Part shown: positions 23,223-32,561 of the stretch, piece by piece | How the letters are laid out: every line of letters starts with the position of its first letter | Numbering within the stretch: position 1 is the first letter of the stretch | Assembly: GCA_045636385.1 (NCBI GenBank) | Contig: JAZTXK010000068.1 | Span: 3,248 to 67,247 of the forward strand | DNA length: 64,000 bases | From: Eubacteriales bacterium | GTDB taxonomy: Bacteria > Bacillota > Clostridia > Oscillospirales > CAG-272 | Direction of reading: 5' to 3' | The notes under the pieces: model-generated | Seen by the model: only the letters and a program-made list of their open reading frames with translations | Databases searched by the model: none | What the model was told of the DNA's origin: nothing | Position numbers and translations under genes: made by a program

Positions 23223-24221
23223 TTATGCTTTTTTTAAGATTTTTCTCAAAATGTCGAGCACGAACGAAACGATGATCAGCACAAGACCTGTTATCACGGC
23301 GGGCAGGGCGATATCTGCAAGTAGTGCTGCCACGAAACCGACCGTGAAGCGGACGAGCTCGGCGAGCATTTCGTTTTCTATCGTGATCATCGCAATCAGA
23401 GTTTGGGCGGCAAAGGCTGCGATGGTATAAAGTCCGCCGACGATGAAGGCAGGGAAGCCGCAGGCGCGGCAAAAGCTGCCGAGAAATTTTATATTGAGGA
23501 AGAGAAGAAGCAACGCAATGAATGCGACTGTGCCCCAGACGAGGAGGAGCGTGCTGTCGGAGAAGAAGAGCTGCGCTTTGCGCAAATATTCCGCCAGCTT
23601 TGCGCCCTCATTTGAGCTTTCGAGGAAGAATTCGGTGGAAATGCCTTCCTTGCCTATCGCGGATTCTATGACGGAGACGATCTTTTCTTTGTTTTCTTGG
23701 AGCAAAATCTCGCCTTCGTAGCCTGCCTCCCGGGCAAACTGCTCGACGGTGTCAATATTTTCCTCAATTATGGAATATATTTCTTCGGCAGTCAAATCGG
23801 GCAGATCTTTGCCTCCGGTCAGCGAAAAGCCGTATTGCTTGAGAAGATCCGTTATAAAATGCTTTGCAAAATCGTTTAAGAGAACCTGATTGATGAGCTC
23901 TTCCGTGATGAAATCAAGCTCCTCTACCTCTGCGGTGTAGTCAAGTATGAGCTCGCTGATGCTTTTGGAGCCGCTTTCCGTCCTGATCTCGATCTTTTCA
24001 AATTCGATCGAGTCGATAGCGTGATCGACTATGACCTCGATATTGTGATCGGTTAACAGGAAGCGGAAAAACGTTATCGGGATGGCAATCAATAGTGTCG
24101 CCGCCATAATCAGGGAAAGCAGAAGGGATATGATCGCTATCAGGATCGGACGGCGATGCTTCTTTTTTCCCTTTTTCTCGGGCTTTGGCGCATCCTCGGT
24201 GGTTTGAGTAAGAAATATCAT
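23223..24221 (-). CDS. membrane protein, function unknown
   Basis: 332-aa ORF. Lys-rich N-terminus, one TM helix, an acidic extracytoplasmic domain, then 3-4 C-terminal TM helices. Start abuts the stop of the upstream gene. Confidence 0.7.
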   Translation of the reverse strand: MIFLTQTTEDAPKPEKKGKKKHRRPILIAIISLLLSLIMAATLLIAIPITFFRFLLTDHNIEVIVDHAIDSIEFEKIEIRTESGSKSISELILDYTAEVEELDFITEELINQVLLNDFAKHFITDLLKQYGFSLTGGKDLPDLTAEEIYSIIEENIDTVEQFAREAGYEGEILLQENKEKIVSVIESAIGKEGISTEFFLESSNEGAKLAEYLRKAQLFFSDSTLLLVWGTVAFIALLLLFLNIKFLGSFCRACGFPAFIVGGLYTIAAFAAQTLIAMITIENEMLAELVRFTVGFVAALLADIALPAVITGLVLIIVSFVLDILRKILKKA

Positions 24222-25610
24222 TTATACCTCGAGCATTACCTTGTCAGCGATGAGCTTTTCTCTGAGTGCCTTGACGTCGAGCGTGCGGAGGTCAATGTCT
24301 CCGAGAACAGCCATGGCAACGGCAGTTCCCGCCGCCTGACCGATGCCCATACAGGGGGGCATTACGCGGATCGCGCCCGCCGCTTCGCAATCGGCGGAGA
24401 TCGATCTGCCCGCAACGGCAAGGTTCGAGAATGCGGGCGGGATCATCGTGCCGTATGGAATGCCGTAGCACTTGCCCTCCTCGATGGTGATATATTCGTT
24501 GCTCTTGGGGCCGTATTTGCCGTGAACGTCAACAGAGTTCGCCGCGAGCATAATGGAATCCTCGGGCACCTCACAGCCGAGTATCTGATCGACGGTCAGC
24601 GTCTTGATACCCTTGATGTGACGAGTTTCGCGGATGCCGAGAGTCGAGCCTGAGAGAATAAGGCGCGAGTTTTCAAAGCCGGGAACGTACTTTTTGAGGA
24701 AATTGAAGATGATGCGGACCTGCTGACGTCCCGCGATCTCGCCCTCGGTGAGGCTTTCCGACTTCGTGCCGTCTATGTGCATAACGCGCGAGGTGTTGAT
24801 GCTGAATTCATCCTCCTCAACGCCGCGGAAGAGACCGATCGAAACGCGGTCGAGCGGCCAATCGCCGTTCTCTCTTGCTTCCGAAACTCTCCAATGGAGC
24901 GAGCGGTAGTTGATGCCGTCCTTGCGGTAGAAGTTATCCCAGTTCTTTTCGATGTCCTCGTCGACACGCTTGGTGTCAACGCCGCCGACGGTGAAGAACA
25001 TGGTCGCGGGCTGCATCTTGCCCTGCGCGTTGCCGACGGTGTAAGCCGCGCCCGCTTTTGCCGCAAGGTCGCCGTCGCCCGAGCAGTCGATGAAGGCTTT
25101 CGCGCGGATGGATGCGAGGCCTTCCTTCATCGCAACGATGATTCGGGTAACTTTGTCGCCTTCCGTCTCTGCGTCGACGAGCTGGGTGTGGTAAAGGATA
25201 CGAACGCCCGCCTCGGTCAGCATTTCGTCGGCAACGATCTTAAGGCTTTCCGCCTTAAAGGGGGTGACGTGAACGTGACCCTTGTCTATGTAGGATGTGA
25301 AAGCGGTCTTGGATTCTACCTTCGAGGGATGGATAGCGCCGCCGACGGCGATGAGACGCTCGACGAGCTCCTCGAAAATACCGCGGATGAGCATCTTGTT
25401 GCCTCCGCTGTCATAGCAGGTCATAAAGGGAGCGACCATTCCCGCGGTTGCCATACCGCCGCAAAAAGCGTTCTTTTCAACGAGGATGACCTTCGCGCCG
25501 CCTCGTGCCGCCGCAACAGCCGCGCAAAGTCCCGCAGGACCGTCGCCGACAACGACAACGTCGCTTTCGAGTGTATCGGGGATATTATTGGTATAAATAA
25601 ATTCGGACAT
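24222..25610 (-). CDS. FAD-dependent oxidoreductase (FAD_oxidored / GIDA-like fold)
   Basis: ATG 25610 (MSEFIYTNN) follows GTGAGG; the track start 25622 is GTG. Dinucleotide-binding motif VVVVGDGPAGLCAAVAAARGGAKVILVEK. Confidence 0.85.
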   Translation of the reverse strand: MSEFIYTNNIPDTLESDVVVVGDGPAGLCAAVAAARGGAKVILVEKNAFCGGMATAGMVAPFMTCYDSGGNKMLIRGIFEELVERLIAVGGAIHPSKVESKTAFTSYIDKGHVHVTPFKAESLKIVADEMLTEAGVRILYHTQLVDAETEGDKVTRIIVAMKEGLASIRAKAFIDCSGDGDLAAKAGAAYTVGNAQGKMQPATMFFTVGGVDTKRVDEDIEKNWDNFYRKDGINYRSLHWRVSEARENGDWPLDRVSIGLFRGVEEDEFSINTSRVMHIDGTKSESLTEGEIAGRQQVRIIFNFLKKYVPGFENSRLILSGSTLGIRETRHIKGIKTLTVDQILGCEVPEDSIMLAANSVDVHGKYGPKSNEYITIEEGKCYGIPYGTMIPPAFSNLAVAGRSISADCEAAGAIRVMPPCMGIGQAAGTAVAMAVLGDIDLRTLDVKALREKLIADKVMLEV

Positions 25611-25836
25611 TTTATGCCTCACTCATATATTTTTTTATCATTATACCATATTTTTTCTGTGAATGCAACCTGCTGGTGAAAATAATATACAATAAAACGG
25701 AACCGACTTATGTATAGATGCGCACACCGACGAAAATATTTTAACATTGTGTGAAATCTGTTGATTTTTTAAATAATATATATTATAATATATAATGGTT
25801 ATATTCGGCTACATGAAATTTTTACCGGAGGCTAAA

Positions 25837-26604
25837 ATGATCTGCGATCTGCAAAAGGCGAGTTTGCTCAAGCGAGCATCTGCATATATTCTCGATCTGA
25901 TACTTCTGACGATCGTCATCACGGGCGCGGCGTTTGCGCTTTCGGCTATACTTGGTTACGACAGTTACTCGGAAACTCTCGACCGTATCTATAACGAATA
26001 TGAGGCGGAATACGGCATTGATTTTGACATTTCCTCTGAGGAATTCAACGCTCTTACGGAGGAAGAACAAAAGAAATACGAGGACGTTAACCGTCTTATG
26101 AACGAAAATGAGGAAGCCATCGAGGCTTACAATATGACGGTCAATCTCGCGCTTGTTATAACCTCACTTTCAATTCTCATCGCATATCTCTCCCTTGAGT
26201 TCGCCGTGCCGATGATACTCAAAAACGGACAGACCGTAGGCAAGAAGGTCTTTGGAATCGGACTTGTGCGACAGGATTGCGTTCGCATCACGCCCTTTAT
26301 GCTCTTCGTCCGCACTCTCCTCGGTAAGTGTACCGTCGAGACGATGATCCCCGCGTATATCCTCATTCTGATAATCTTCGGAAACCTCGGAATGACGGGC
26401 ACGGTCATTCTGGTCGGCTTTGCCGTGCTTCAGCTTGCACTCGTCGCGACCTCGCGCACGAATGCGGCTATCCACGATATGATGGCGGCGACGGTCGCTG
26501 TCGATCTATCCTCCCAAATGATTTTTGAGAGCGAGGCAGATCTGCTCGCTTACAAGAATAAGCTCCACGCGGAAAACGCCGCGAGGGACAAATATATTTC
26601 GTAA
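25837..26604 (+). CDS. RDD-family membrane protein
   Basis: ATG 25837 follows GGAGG; the track ORF starts at 25795. KRASAYILDLILLTIV RDD-type N-terminus and several TM helices. Confidence 0.7.
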   Translation: MICDLQKASLLKRASAYILDLILLTIVITGAAFALSAILGYDSYSETLDRIYNEYEAEYGIDFDISSEEFNALTEEEQKKYEDVNRLMNENEEAIEAYNMTVNLALVITSLSILIAYLSLEFAVPMILKNGQTVGKKVFGIGLVRQDCVRITPFMLFVRTLLGKCTVETMIPAYILILIIFGNLGMTGTVILVGFAVLQLALVATSRTNAAIHDMMAATVAVDLSSQMIFESEADLLAYKNKLHAENAARDKYIS

Positions 26605-26640
26605 ATTTAAATATGCAAATAAAAAGGATGCTACAAGATC

Positions 26641-27765
26641 ATGAAAATCGTTTTGCAGAATCTGACTAAGGTTTTCCCGAGTCGAAACAAGAAATCAAAC
26701 GAAGAGGTCGTTGCGGTAAGCGATCTCACCTTCACAATTCCCGACGGTAAGCTCGTCGGTCTTCTCGGCCCCTCCGGTTGCGGAAAGAGTACCACTCTTT
26801 ATATGATCAGCGGTCTTCAGAAGCCCACCGGCGGACAGATCTTCTTCGGTGAAGACGACGTTACCACCCTCTCCCCCGAGAACAGAGGCGTCGGTCTGGT
26901 ATTTCAGAACTACGCGCTCTATCCTCATATGACCGTCAAGCAGAATATCCTCTTCCCGCTCCAGAATCTCAAGGGCGCGGACAAGCTTGACAAAAACACC
27001 ATGCTCGAGCGCGCTCTCGAGGCGGCAAGACTTGTGCAGATCGACAATCTTATGGACCGCAAGCCGAGTGAGCTTTCGGGCGGTCAGCAGCAGAGAGTTG
27101 CTATTGCGCGCGCACTCGTAAAGATGCCCCGCGTGCTCCTTCTCGACGAGCCGCTTTCGAACCTCGATGCGCGTCTCCGTCTGCAGACGAGAGAGGAGAT
27201 CCGCCGTATTCAGAACGAGACCGGCATCACCACAATCTTCGTAACCCACGACCAGGAGGAGGCAATGTCCATCTCCGACGTCATCGTCGTTATGAAGCTT
27301 GGCGTAGTTCAGCAGATCGGCAAGCCGCAGACGGTTTACGATAACCCCGTAAATCTCTTTGTCGCAAAGTTCCTCGGAACTCCCCCCATTAACGTTTTCA
27401 AGGCAAACGTCAAGGGCGGCAAGCTTTACATCAACGGCGAGGCTGTACTCGATGTTCAGGGTGTAGCTGACCGCGAGGTATTTGCCGCGATCCGTCCCGA
27501 GGGCTTCGTCCCCGCGGAAAACGGAGCGATGACCTGCGCGCTTTCCTCTATCGAGGTTATGGGCCGCGACGTAAGCATCGTATCGAAGAACGAGGCTATG
27601 CTCACTCCCACCATCCGCGCGATCGTTGACGCGGATTATAAGATCTCCGCGAGCGCGCAGACCGTCAAGTTCGACCTCAAGCCCCACAAGGTATTCATTT
27701 TCGATTCCGAGACCGAGGAAAGAATCTACTTTGGTGACCAAACTGCTCCCGAGACAGGTATCTGA
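26641..27765 (+). CDS. ABC transporter ATP-binding protein (MalK/UgpC/MsmX type)
   Basis: Walker A GPSGCGKST, signature LSGGQQQRVAIARAL, Walker B LLLDEPLS, plus a C-terminal TOBE-like regulatory domain. Confidence 0.95.
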   Translation: MKIVLQNLTKVFPSRNKKSNEEVVAVSDLTFTIPDGKLVGLLGPSGCGKSTTLYMISGLQKPTGGQIFFGEDDVTTLSPENRGVGLVFQNYALYPHMTVKQNILFPLQNLKGADKLDKNTMLERALEAARLVQIDNLMDRKPSELSGGQQQRVAIARALVKMPRVLLLDEPLSNLDARLRLQTREEIRRIQNETGITTIFVTHDQEEAMSISDVIVVMKLGVVQQIGKPQTVYDNPVNLFVAKFLGTPPINVFKANVKGGKLYINGEAVLDVQGVADREVFAAIRPEGFVPAENGAMTCALSSIEVMGRDVSIVSKNEAMLTPTIRAIVDADYKISASAQTVKFDLKPHKVFIFDSETEERIYFGDQTAPETGI

Positions 27766-27776
27766 GGTAGACAGAT

Positions 27777-28718
27777 ATGAAAAAATTCCTTCAAAAAATC
27801 AGGTTTGAGGAATGGAAGGCTTGGATATATCTCGCGCCCGCAGTCGCTCTTTTGCTCGTCTTTACCGTTTGGCCGATAATCAACACCCTTCGTATGGCTT
27901 TCTGGGAAGATTACAGCATTATGAAGGAGCTCGGCGGAACGCTCGGCAACGAATTCGGTCTTAAGAATTTCGAGAAGGTTATCAAGTACCGCGGATTTAT
28001 CGATTGCCTTAAGAACACGATGCTTCTGACCGTCCTCACCGTACCGATCTCGACTATTCTCGCGCTTGTCATCGCGGTATGCCTGAACGCTATCAAGCCG
28101 CTTCAGAGATTCCTGCAGACTATCTTCTTCCTCCCCTACGTTACCAACTCGATCGCGATCGGAATGGTATTCGAGGCTATGTTCAATATCGTCGGCTTCG
28201 GAACCACCGCTCCCTCGTTCGGTATTATCAATAATATCCTCGGCGTCTTCGGCGCGGAGCCGATCAACTGGATCAACGCCGGCTCGGGATATTGGGCAAA
28301 CATCGCCGTCCTCACGATCTACATCGTCTGGAACGCGCTCCCCTTCAAGATACTCATCCTTCTCGGCGGTCTGCAGAGCGTAAATAAGCAGTATTACGAC
28401 GCCGCGAAGATCGACTCCACTCCCCGTCTCCGCGTATTCACCAAGATCACCGTTCCGCTTCTTTCCCCTATGATCGCCTACGTCGTTATCACCGGCTTTA
28501 TCGGCGGCTTTAAGGAGTATTCGAGCATCGTCGGTATTTTTGGCGACGATATGCAGGCTGTCGGCGGAGAATCGCTCAACACTATGGTCGGTTATATCTA
28601 CGATGCCCTCGGAAATCAGGAAGGCCGTGCATCTGCCGCCGCACTTATTCTTTTTGCTATCATATTCGTTGTTACGATGATAAATATGTACGTCAGCAAG
28701 AAGAAGACCCACTATTAA
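27777..28718 (+). CDS. CUT1-type ABC transporter permease (MalF/UgpA-like)
   Basis: 313 aa, 6 TM helices, EAA-like loop AAKIDSTPRLRVFTKITVP. Confidence 0.9.
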   Translation: MKKFLQKIRFEEWKAWIYLAPAVALLLVFTVWPIINTLRMAFWEDYSIMKELGGTLGNEFGLKNFEKVIKYRGFIDCLKNTMLLTVLTVPISTILALVIAVCLNAIKPLQRFLQTIFFLPYVTNSIAIGMVFEAMFNIVGFGTTAPSFGIINNILGVFGAEPINWINAGSGYWANIAVLTIYIVWNALPFKILILLGGLQSVNKQYYDAAKIDSTPRLRVFTKITVPLLSPMIAYVVITGFIGGFKEYSSIVGIFGDDMQAVGGESLNTMVGYIYDALGNQEGRASAAALILFAIIFVVTMINMYVSKKKTHY

Positions 28719-28730
28719 TGGAGGTGCGAT

Positions 28731-29627
28731 ATGGCTGATAAAAAAATTATGACCACTATGCACGAAAAGGATATGCAGAAGGTAACGGTTGCACAGACCG
28801 TCAGCAAGATCGTCGTTCAGTTCCTTCTCTACGCATTCCTCTGCACCATGGCGCTTATCATCGTTTTCCCCTTCTACTGGATGATAATCTCGTCGCTCAA
28901 GAGCACGGTCGAGTACCGTCTGCCGATCCCCACCCTGTTCCCGAAGGAAATTTTGTGGGGCAACTACCTCGAGGCGTTCACCGCGGCAAATCTCGGCAAG
29001 CTCTTTATGAATACCGTTTACGTCGGTATCGTTTCGACAATCCTCTCGCTCGTCATCACCGTCCTCTCGGCTTTTGCCTTCGCAAGACTCGAGTTCAAGG
29101 GTAAGAACGCGCTCTTTGCAGGTCTGCTTGCAACGATGATGATCCCCGGCGAGCTTTTCACGATCACAAACTACGTCACCGTAACAAAGTTCGGATGGCT
29201 TGATTCATTCACGGTTCTTATCGTCCCCTTCCTCGTCAGCGTTTTCTATATTTATCTGCTTCGTCAGAACTTCCTTCAGATCCCGAATGAGCTCTACCTC
29301 GCCGCAAAGGTTGACGGCACGAGCGATCTCAAATATCTCTGGAAGGTTATGATCCCGCTCTCGCTTCCGAACCTCATATCGATCACCATTCTCAAAATGA
29401 TGGGCGCGTGGAACTCCTACGTCTGGCCCCGTCTCGTTACCTCGACCGATGATTACCGACTTATCACAAACGGTCTTCGTGATGCCTTCACCGATATGTC
29501 GGGACAGGCTAACATCCCCGTTCAGATGGCGGCGGTAACTGTCGTTTCGATCCCCCTCTTCCTCGTATTCATCTTCCTTCGTAAGTATATTATGAAGGGT
29601 GTTTCGAGAAGCGGTATCAAGGGTTAA
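28731..29627 (+). CDS. CUT1-type ABC transporter permease (MalG/UgpE-like)
   Basis: 298 aa, 6 TM helices, EAA loop LYLAAKVDGTSDLKYLWKVMIPLS. Confidence 0.9.
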   Translation: MADKKIMTTMHEKDMQKVTVAQTVSKIVVQFLLYAFLCTMALIIVFPFYWMIISSLKSTVEYRLPIPTLFPKEILWGNYLEAFTAANLGKLFMNTVYVGIVSTILSLVITVLSAFAFARLEFKGKNALFAGLLATMMIPGELFTITNYVTVTKFGWLDSFTVLIVPFLVSVFYIYLLRQNFLQIPNELYLAAKVDGTSDLKYLWKVMIPLSLPNLISITILKMMGAWNSYVWPRLVTSTDDYRLITNGLRDAFTDMSGQANIPVQMAAVTVVSIPLFLVFIFLRKYIMKGVSRSGIKG

Positions 29628-29680
29628 TAGCAGAATTTCTGCTTAAAAAATAAATTTTACAACCGAAAGGAAATAAGAAA

Positions 29681-31144
29681 ATGAAAAAGAGAATCATCTC
29701 GTTCCTTCTCGTTCTCACTATGCTTATGAGTGCAGTTGCTATGGCAAGCTGTTCGAATAGCGGCGAGGGCGGTAATGAAGGCGGCAACAACGGCGGCGAG
29801 CAGGGCAGCGCAAAGGTTCCCTACGACGTTCCCGCAGAGGGATACGACGGCAGCGCCGTAACCATCACCTTCTATCACTCTATGGGCGCAAAGCTTCAGG
29901 GAATACTCGACACCTATATTCCCGAGTTTAACAAGCTCTACCCCAACATCACCGTTGAGCACGCATCTCAGGGTGACTACGACGGTGTTCGCGATCAGAT
30001 CAAGACCGCGCTCACCGCAGGCAACCAGCCCAACATCGCATACTGCTACCCCGACCACGTTGCTCTTTACAACGTTGCAAAGGCAGTAGTTCCGCTCGAT
30101 AGCTTCATCGAGAGCACCATCACCGTTACCGACGCTACCGGTGCTACCTCCACTCTCGGTCTTACCGCAGAGCAGATCGCGGACTTCATCCCCGGCTACT
30201 ACGCAGAGGGTACCGCGTTCGACGAGGCGGGTACTATGTATACCCTTCCTATGTCCAAGTCCACCGAGGCTCTCTACTACAACAAGACCTTCTTTGAGCA
30301 GAACGGCCTCAAGGTTCCCACCACTTGGGAGGAGATGGCTCAGGTCTGCGAGCAGATCAAGAAGATCGATCCCGACTGTGTGCCTCTCGGCTACGACTCC
30401 GAGGCTAACTGGTTCATCACCATGTGCGAGCAGTACGGCTCCGATTACACCTCTCTCAACGAGGACGAGCATTTCCTCTTCGATAACGAGACCAACCGTT
30501 CCTTCGTTAAGATGTTCCACGATTGGTACGTTAACGGTTGGGTAACCACCGAGGAGATCTACGGCTCCTACACCTCCGGTCTCTTTACCGCTACCGAGGG
30601 TCAGAAGTGCTATATGGTTATCGGTTCGACCGGCGGCGCAAGCTATCAGCAGCCTCCTCAGGTTGACGGCAAGGCTCTCTTCGAGACCGATATGGCAACT
30701 CCTCCCCAGGTAAATCCCGCAGCTCCCAAGGTAATCTCTCAGGGTCCCTCCCTCTGCATCTTCAAGGATTCCAATCCTCAGGAGGTTGTAGCATCCTGGC
30801 TCTTCGTTAAGTTCCTCACCACCAACGTAGAATTCCAGGCAGCATTCTCGATGGCATCGGGTTACGCTCCCGTTATCAAGTCTGTTCAGCAGAATCCCGT
30901 ATATCAGCAGTGGCTTGATGCTGCAAACGGTATCAACAACCTTACCGCTCTTAGCGTTAAGCTCGCGCTTTCTCAGGCAGACGCATACTTCGTATCCCCC
31001 GCGTTCAACGGCTCCTCCGAGGCTCGTGACCAGGTTGGAACTCTTATGCAGGATGCTCTCGTATCCACCGATGCAAATATCGAATCTGCTATCAAGAAGC
31101 TCTTTGAAAAGGCAGTTTCCGAGTGCGAATACGCCGCAGACTGA
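29681..31144 (+). CDS. ABC transporter substrate-binding lipoprotein (solute-binding family 1)
   Basis: 487 aa. Signal MKKRIISFLLVLTMLMSAVAMASC followed by a Gly/Asn linker. Family-1 fold features (ITFYHSMG, PNIAYCYPDH). Confidence 0.9.
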   Translation: MKKRIISFLLVLTMLMSAVAMASCSNSGEGGNEGGNNGGEQGSAKVPYDVPAEGYDGSAVTITFYHSMGAKLQGILDTYIPEFNKLYPNITVEHASQGDYDGVRDQIKTALTAGNQPNIAYCYPDHVALYNVAKAVVPLDSFIESTITVTDATGATSTLGLTAEQIADFIPGYYAEGTAFDEAGTMYTLPMSKSTEALYYNKTFFEQNGLKVPTTWEEMAQVCEQIKKIDPDCVPLGYDSEANWFITMCEQYGSDYTSLNEDEHFLFDNETNRSFVKMFHDWYVNGWVTTEEIYGSYTSGLFTATEGQKCYMVIGSTGGASYQQPPQVDGKALFETDMATPPQVNPAAPKVISQGPSLCIFKDSNPQEVVASWLFVKFLTTNVEFQAAFSMASGYAPVIKSVQQNPVYQQWLDAANGINNLTALSVKLALSQADAYFVSPAFNGSSEARDQVGTLMQDALVSTDANIESAIKKLFEKAVSECEYAAD

Positions 31145-31157
31145 TAGTATATAATTA

Positions 31158-32540
31158 ATGAAATTTTTATCAAGAATATTAATCCTCGCCCTTGCTCTCG
31201 CCGCTGTTTTTTCATGCTTTACCGCGTGTGACGGCGGAGAGGCAAGCGACGAAACGACCGTGCCCGCCGAGGGCGAGATCGGCGAATTCGTTGATCTTGC
31301 TGGAACTCTCAAGTTCGATCCGAGCTCGGGCAGAGTCTACACCGAAGCCACCGTCAAGACCTACGTTGACGGCGACACCACTCATTTTAACGTGCCCTCG
31401 TCGATGATCGACTCGGGCGTTCTCAAGGCGAGATACCTCGGTATCAACACTCCCGAATCGACGGGACAGATCGAGCCTTGGGGCAAAAAGGCTTCCAATT
31501 ATACCAAGGAAGCGCTTATGAGCGCAACCTCCATCATCGTTGAGTCGGATACCGATAAGTGGAATCCCGACTCGACGGGCGACAGATACCTCGTTTGGGT
31601 ATGGTACAAGACCGCAGAGATGGCGGATTACCGCTGCCTCAACCTTGAAATCCTCCAGAACGGACTTGCTGTTGCATCAAAATCCTCAGACACAGCCTAT
31701 GCGGATATCTGCACGCAGATCCTCTATCAGGCGACCACCCACAAGCTCTACGTTCATTCCAAGGAAAAGGACCCCGATTTCTTCTACGGCGCGGCAATTC
31801 CGATCACACTCAAGGAGCTCAAGACGAATATCGAGTCCTACCGTGACAAGAGCGTCGGCTTTGAGGGCGTAGTCGTCAGAAATTCGGGCAACACCGCATA
31901 CGTTGAGGAATACGACGAGGAGACCGGGCTTTACTTCGGTATTCAGGTCTACTACGGCTTCAATCTCGACTACTTCGGTCAGGAGATACTCACCGTCGGC
32001 AACAGAATTCTCGTTGTCGGATCGGTTCAGTATTACGAGACCGGCGGAACCTATCAGATTTCGGATATCAAATATAACGCTATGCGTCCCGACGACGAAT
32101 CAAATATCAAGCTCATCAGCCAAGGCCACGAGGGCTCGTACGTCGAGGTTGGCGCAAAGGATTTGCTTACCGGAAAGGTAACGCTCAAGATCACTCAGGT
32201 TGAGGGCGAGGAGGAGACCGTAGTGGAGAAGACCTTCGATCAGGGCTTCCTCACGATGCACGGCACGGCTTCACTCACAAATCTCACAATCAAGAGCATT
32301 TACACCACACAAAACGAGGATAGCTCGAACTTTGGCGCACTTTCGATCACCTGCGTGGCAGAGGACGGCACCGAGTTCGTTATCCGCACCATCGTTCTCA
32401 AGGACAGCGCAGGCAAGACGATCACGGCAGACGCATTCCCCATCGGCAGTAAGATCAATGCCCGCGGCGTGGTAGACGTTTATAACGGTACCTACCAGCT
32501 TAAGGTGTTCTCGGCAAACGACATCACATTCGTAAATTAA
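31158..32540 (+). CDS. lipoprotein thermonuclease (SNase-like) with C-terminal OB-fold modules
   Basis: Signal MKFLSRILILALALAAVFSCFTAC. SNase blocks VKTYVDGDTTHFNV, ARYLGINTPES, GDRYLVWVW, LNLEILQNGLA. C-terminal OB-like segments (GVVVRNSGNTAYVEE.., ARGVVDVYNGTYQLKV). Confidence 0.85.
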   Translation: MKFLSRILILALALAAVFSCFTACDGGEASDETTVPAEGEIGEFVDLAGTLKFDPSSGRVYTEATVKTYVDGDTTHFNVPSSMIDSGVLKARYLGINTPESTGQIEPWGKKASNYTKEALMSATSIIVESDTDKWNPDSTGDRYLVWVWYKTAEMADYRCLNLEILQNGLAVASKSSDTAYADICTQILYQATTHKLYVHSKEKDPDFFYGAAIPITLKELKTNIESYRDKSVGFEGVVVRNSGNTAYVEEYDEETGLYFGIQVYYGFNLDYFGQEILTVGNRILVVGSVQYYETGGTYQISDIKYNAMRPDDESNIKLISQGHEGSYVEVGAKDLLTGKVTLKITQVEGEEETVVEKTFDQGFLTMHGTASLTNLTIKSIYTTQNEDSSNFGALSITCVAEDGTEFVIRTIVLKDSAGKTITADAFPIGSKINARGVVDVYNGTYQLKVFSANDITFVN

Positions 32541-32561
32541 AAAACATATAAAGGAGTTATC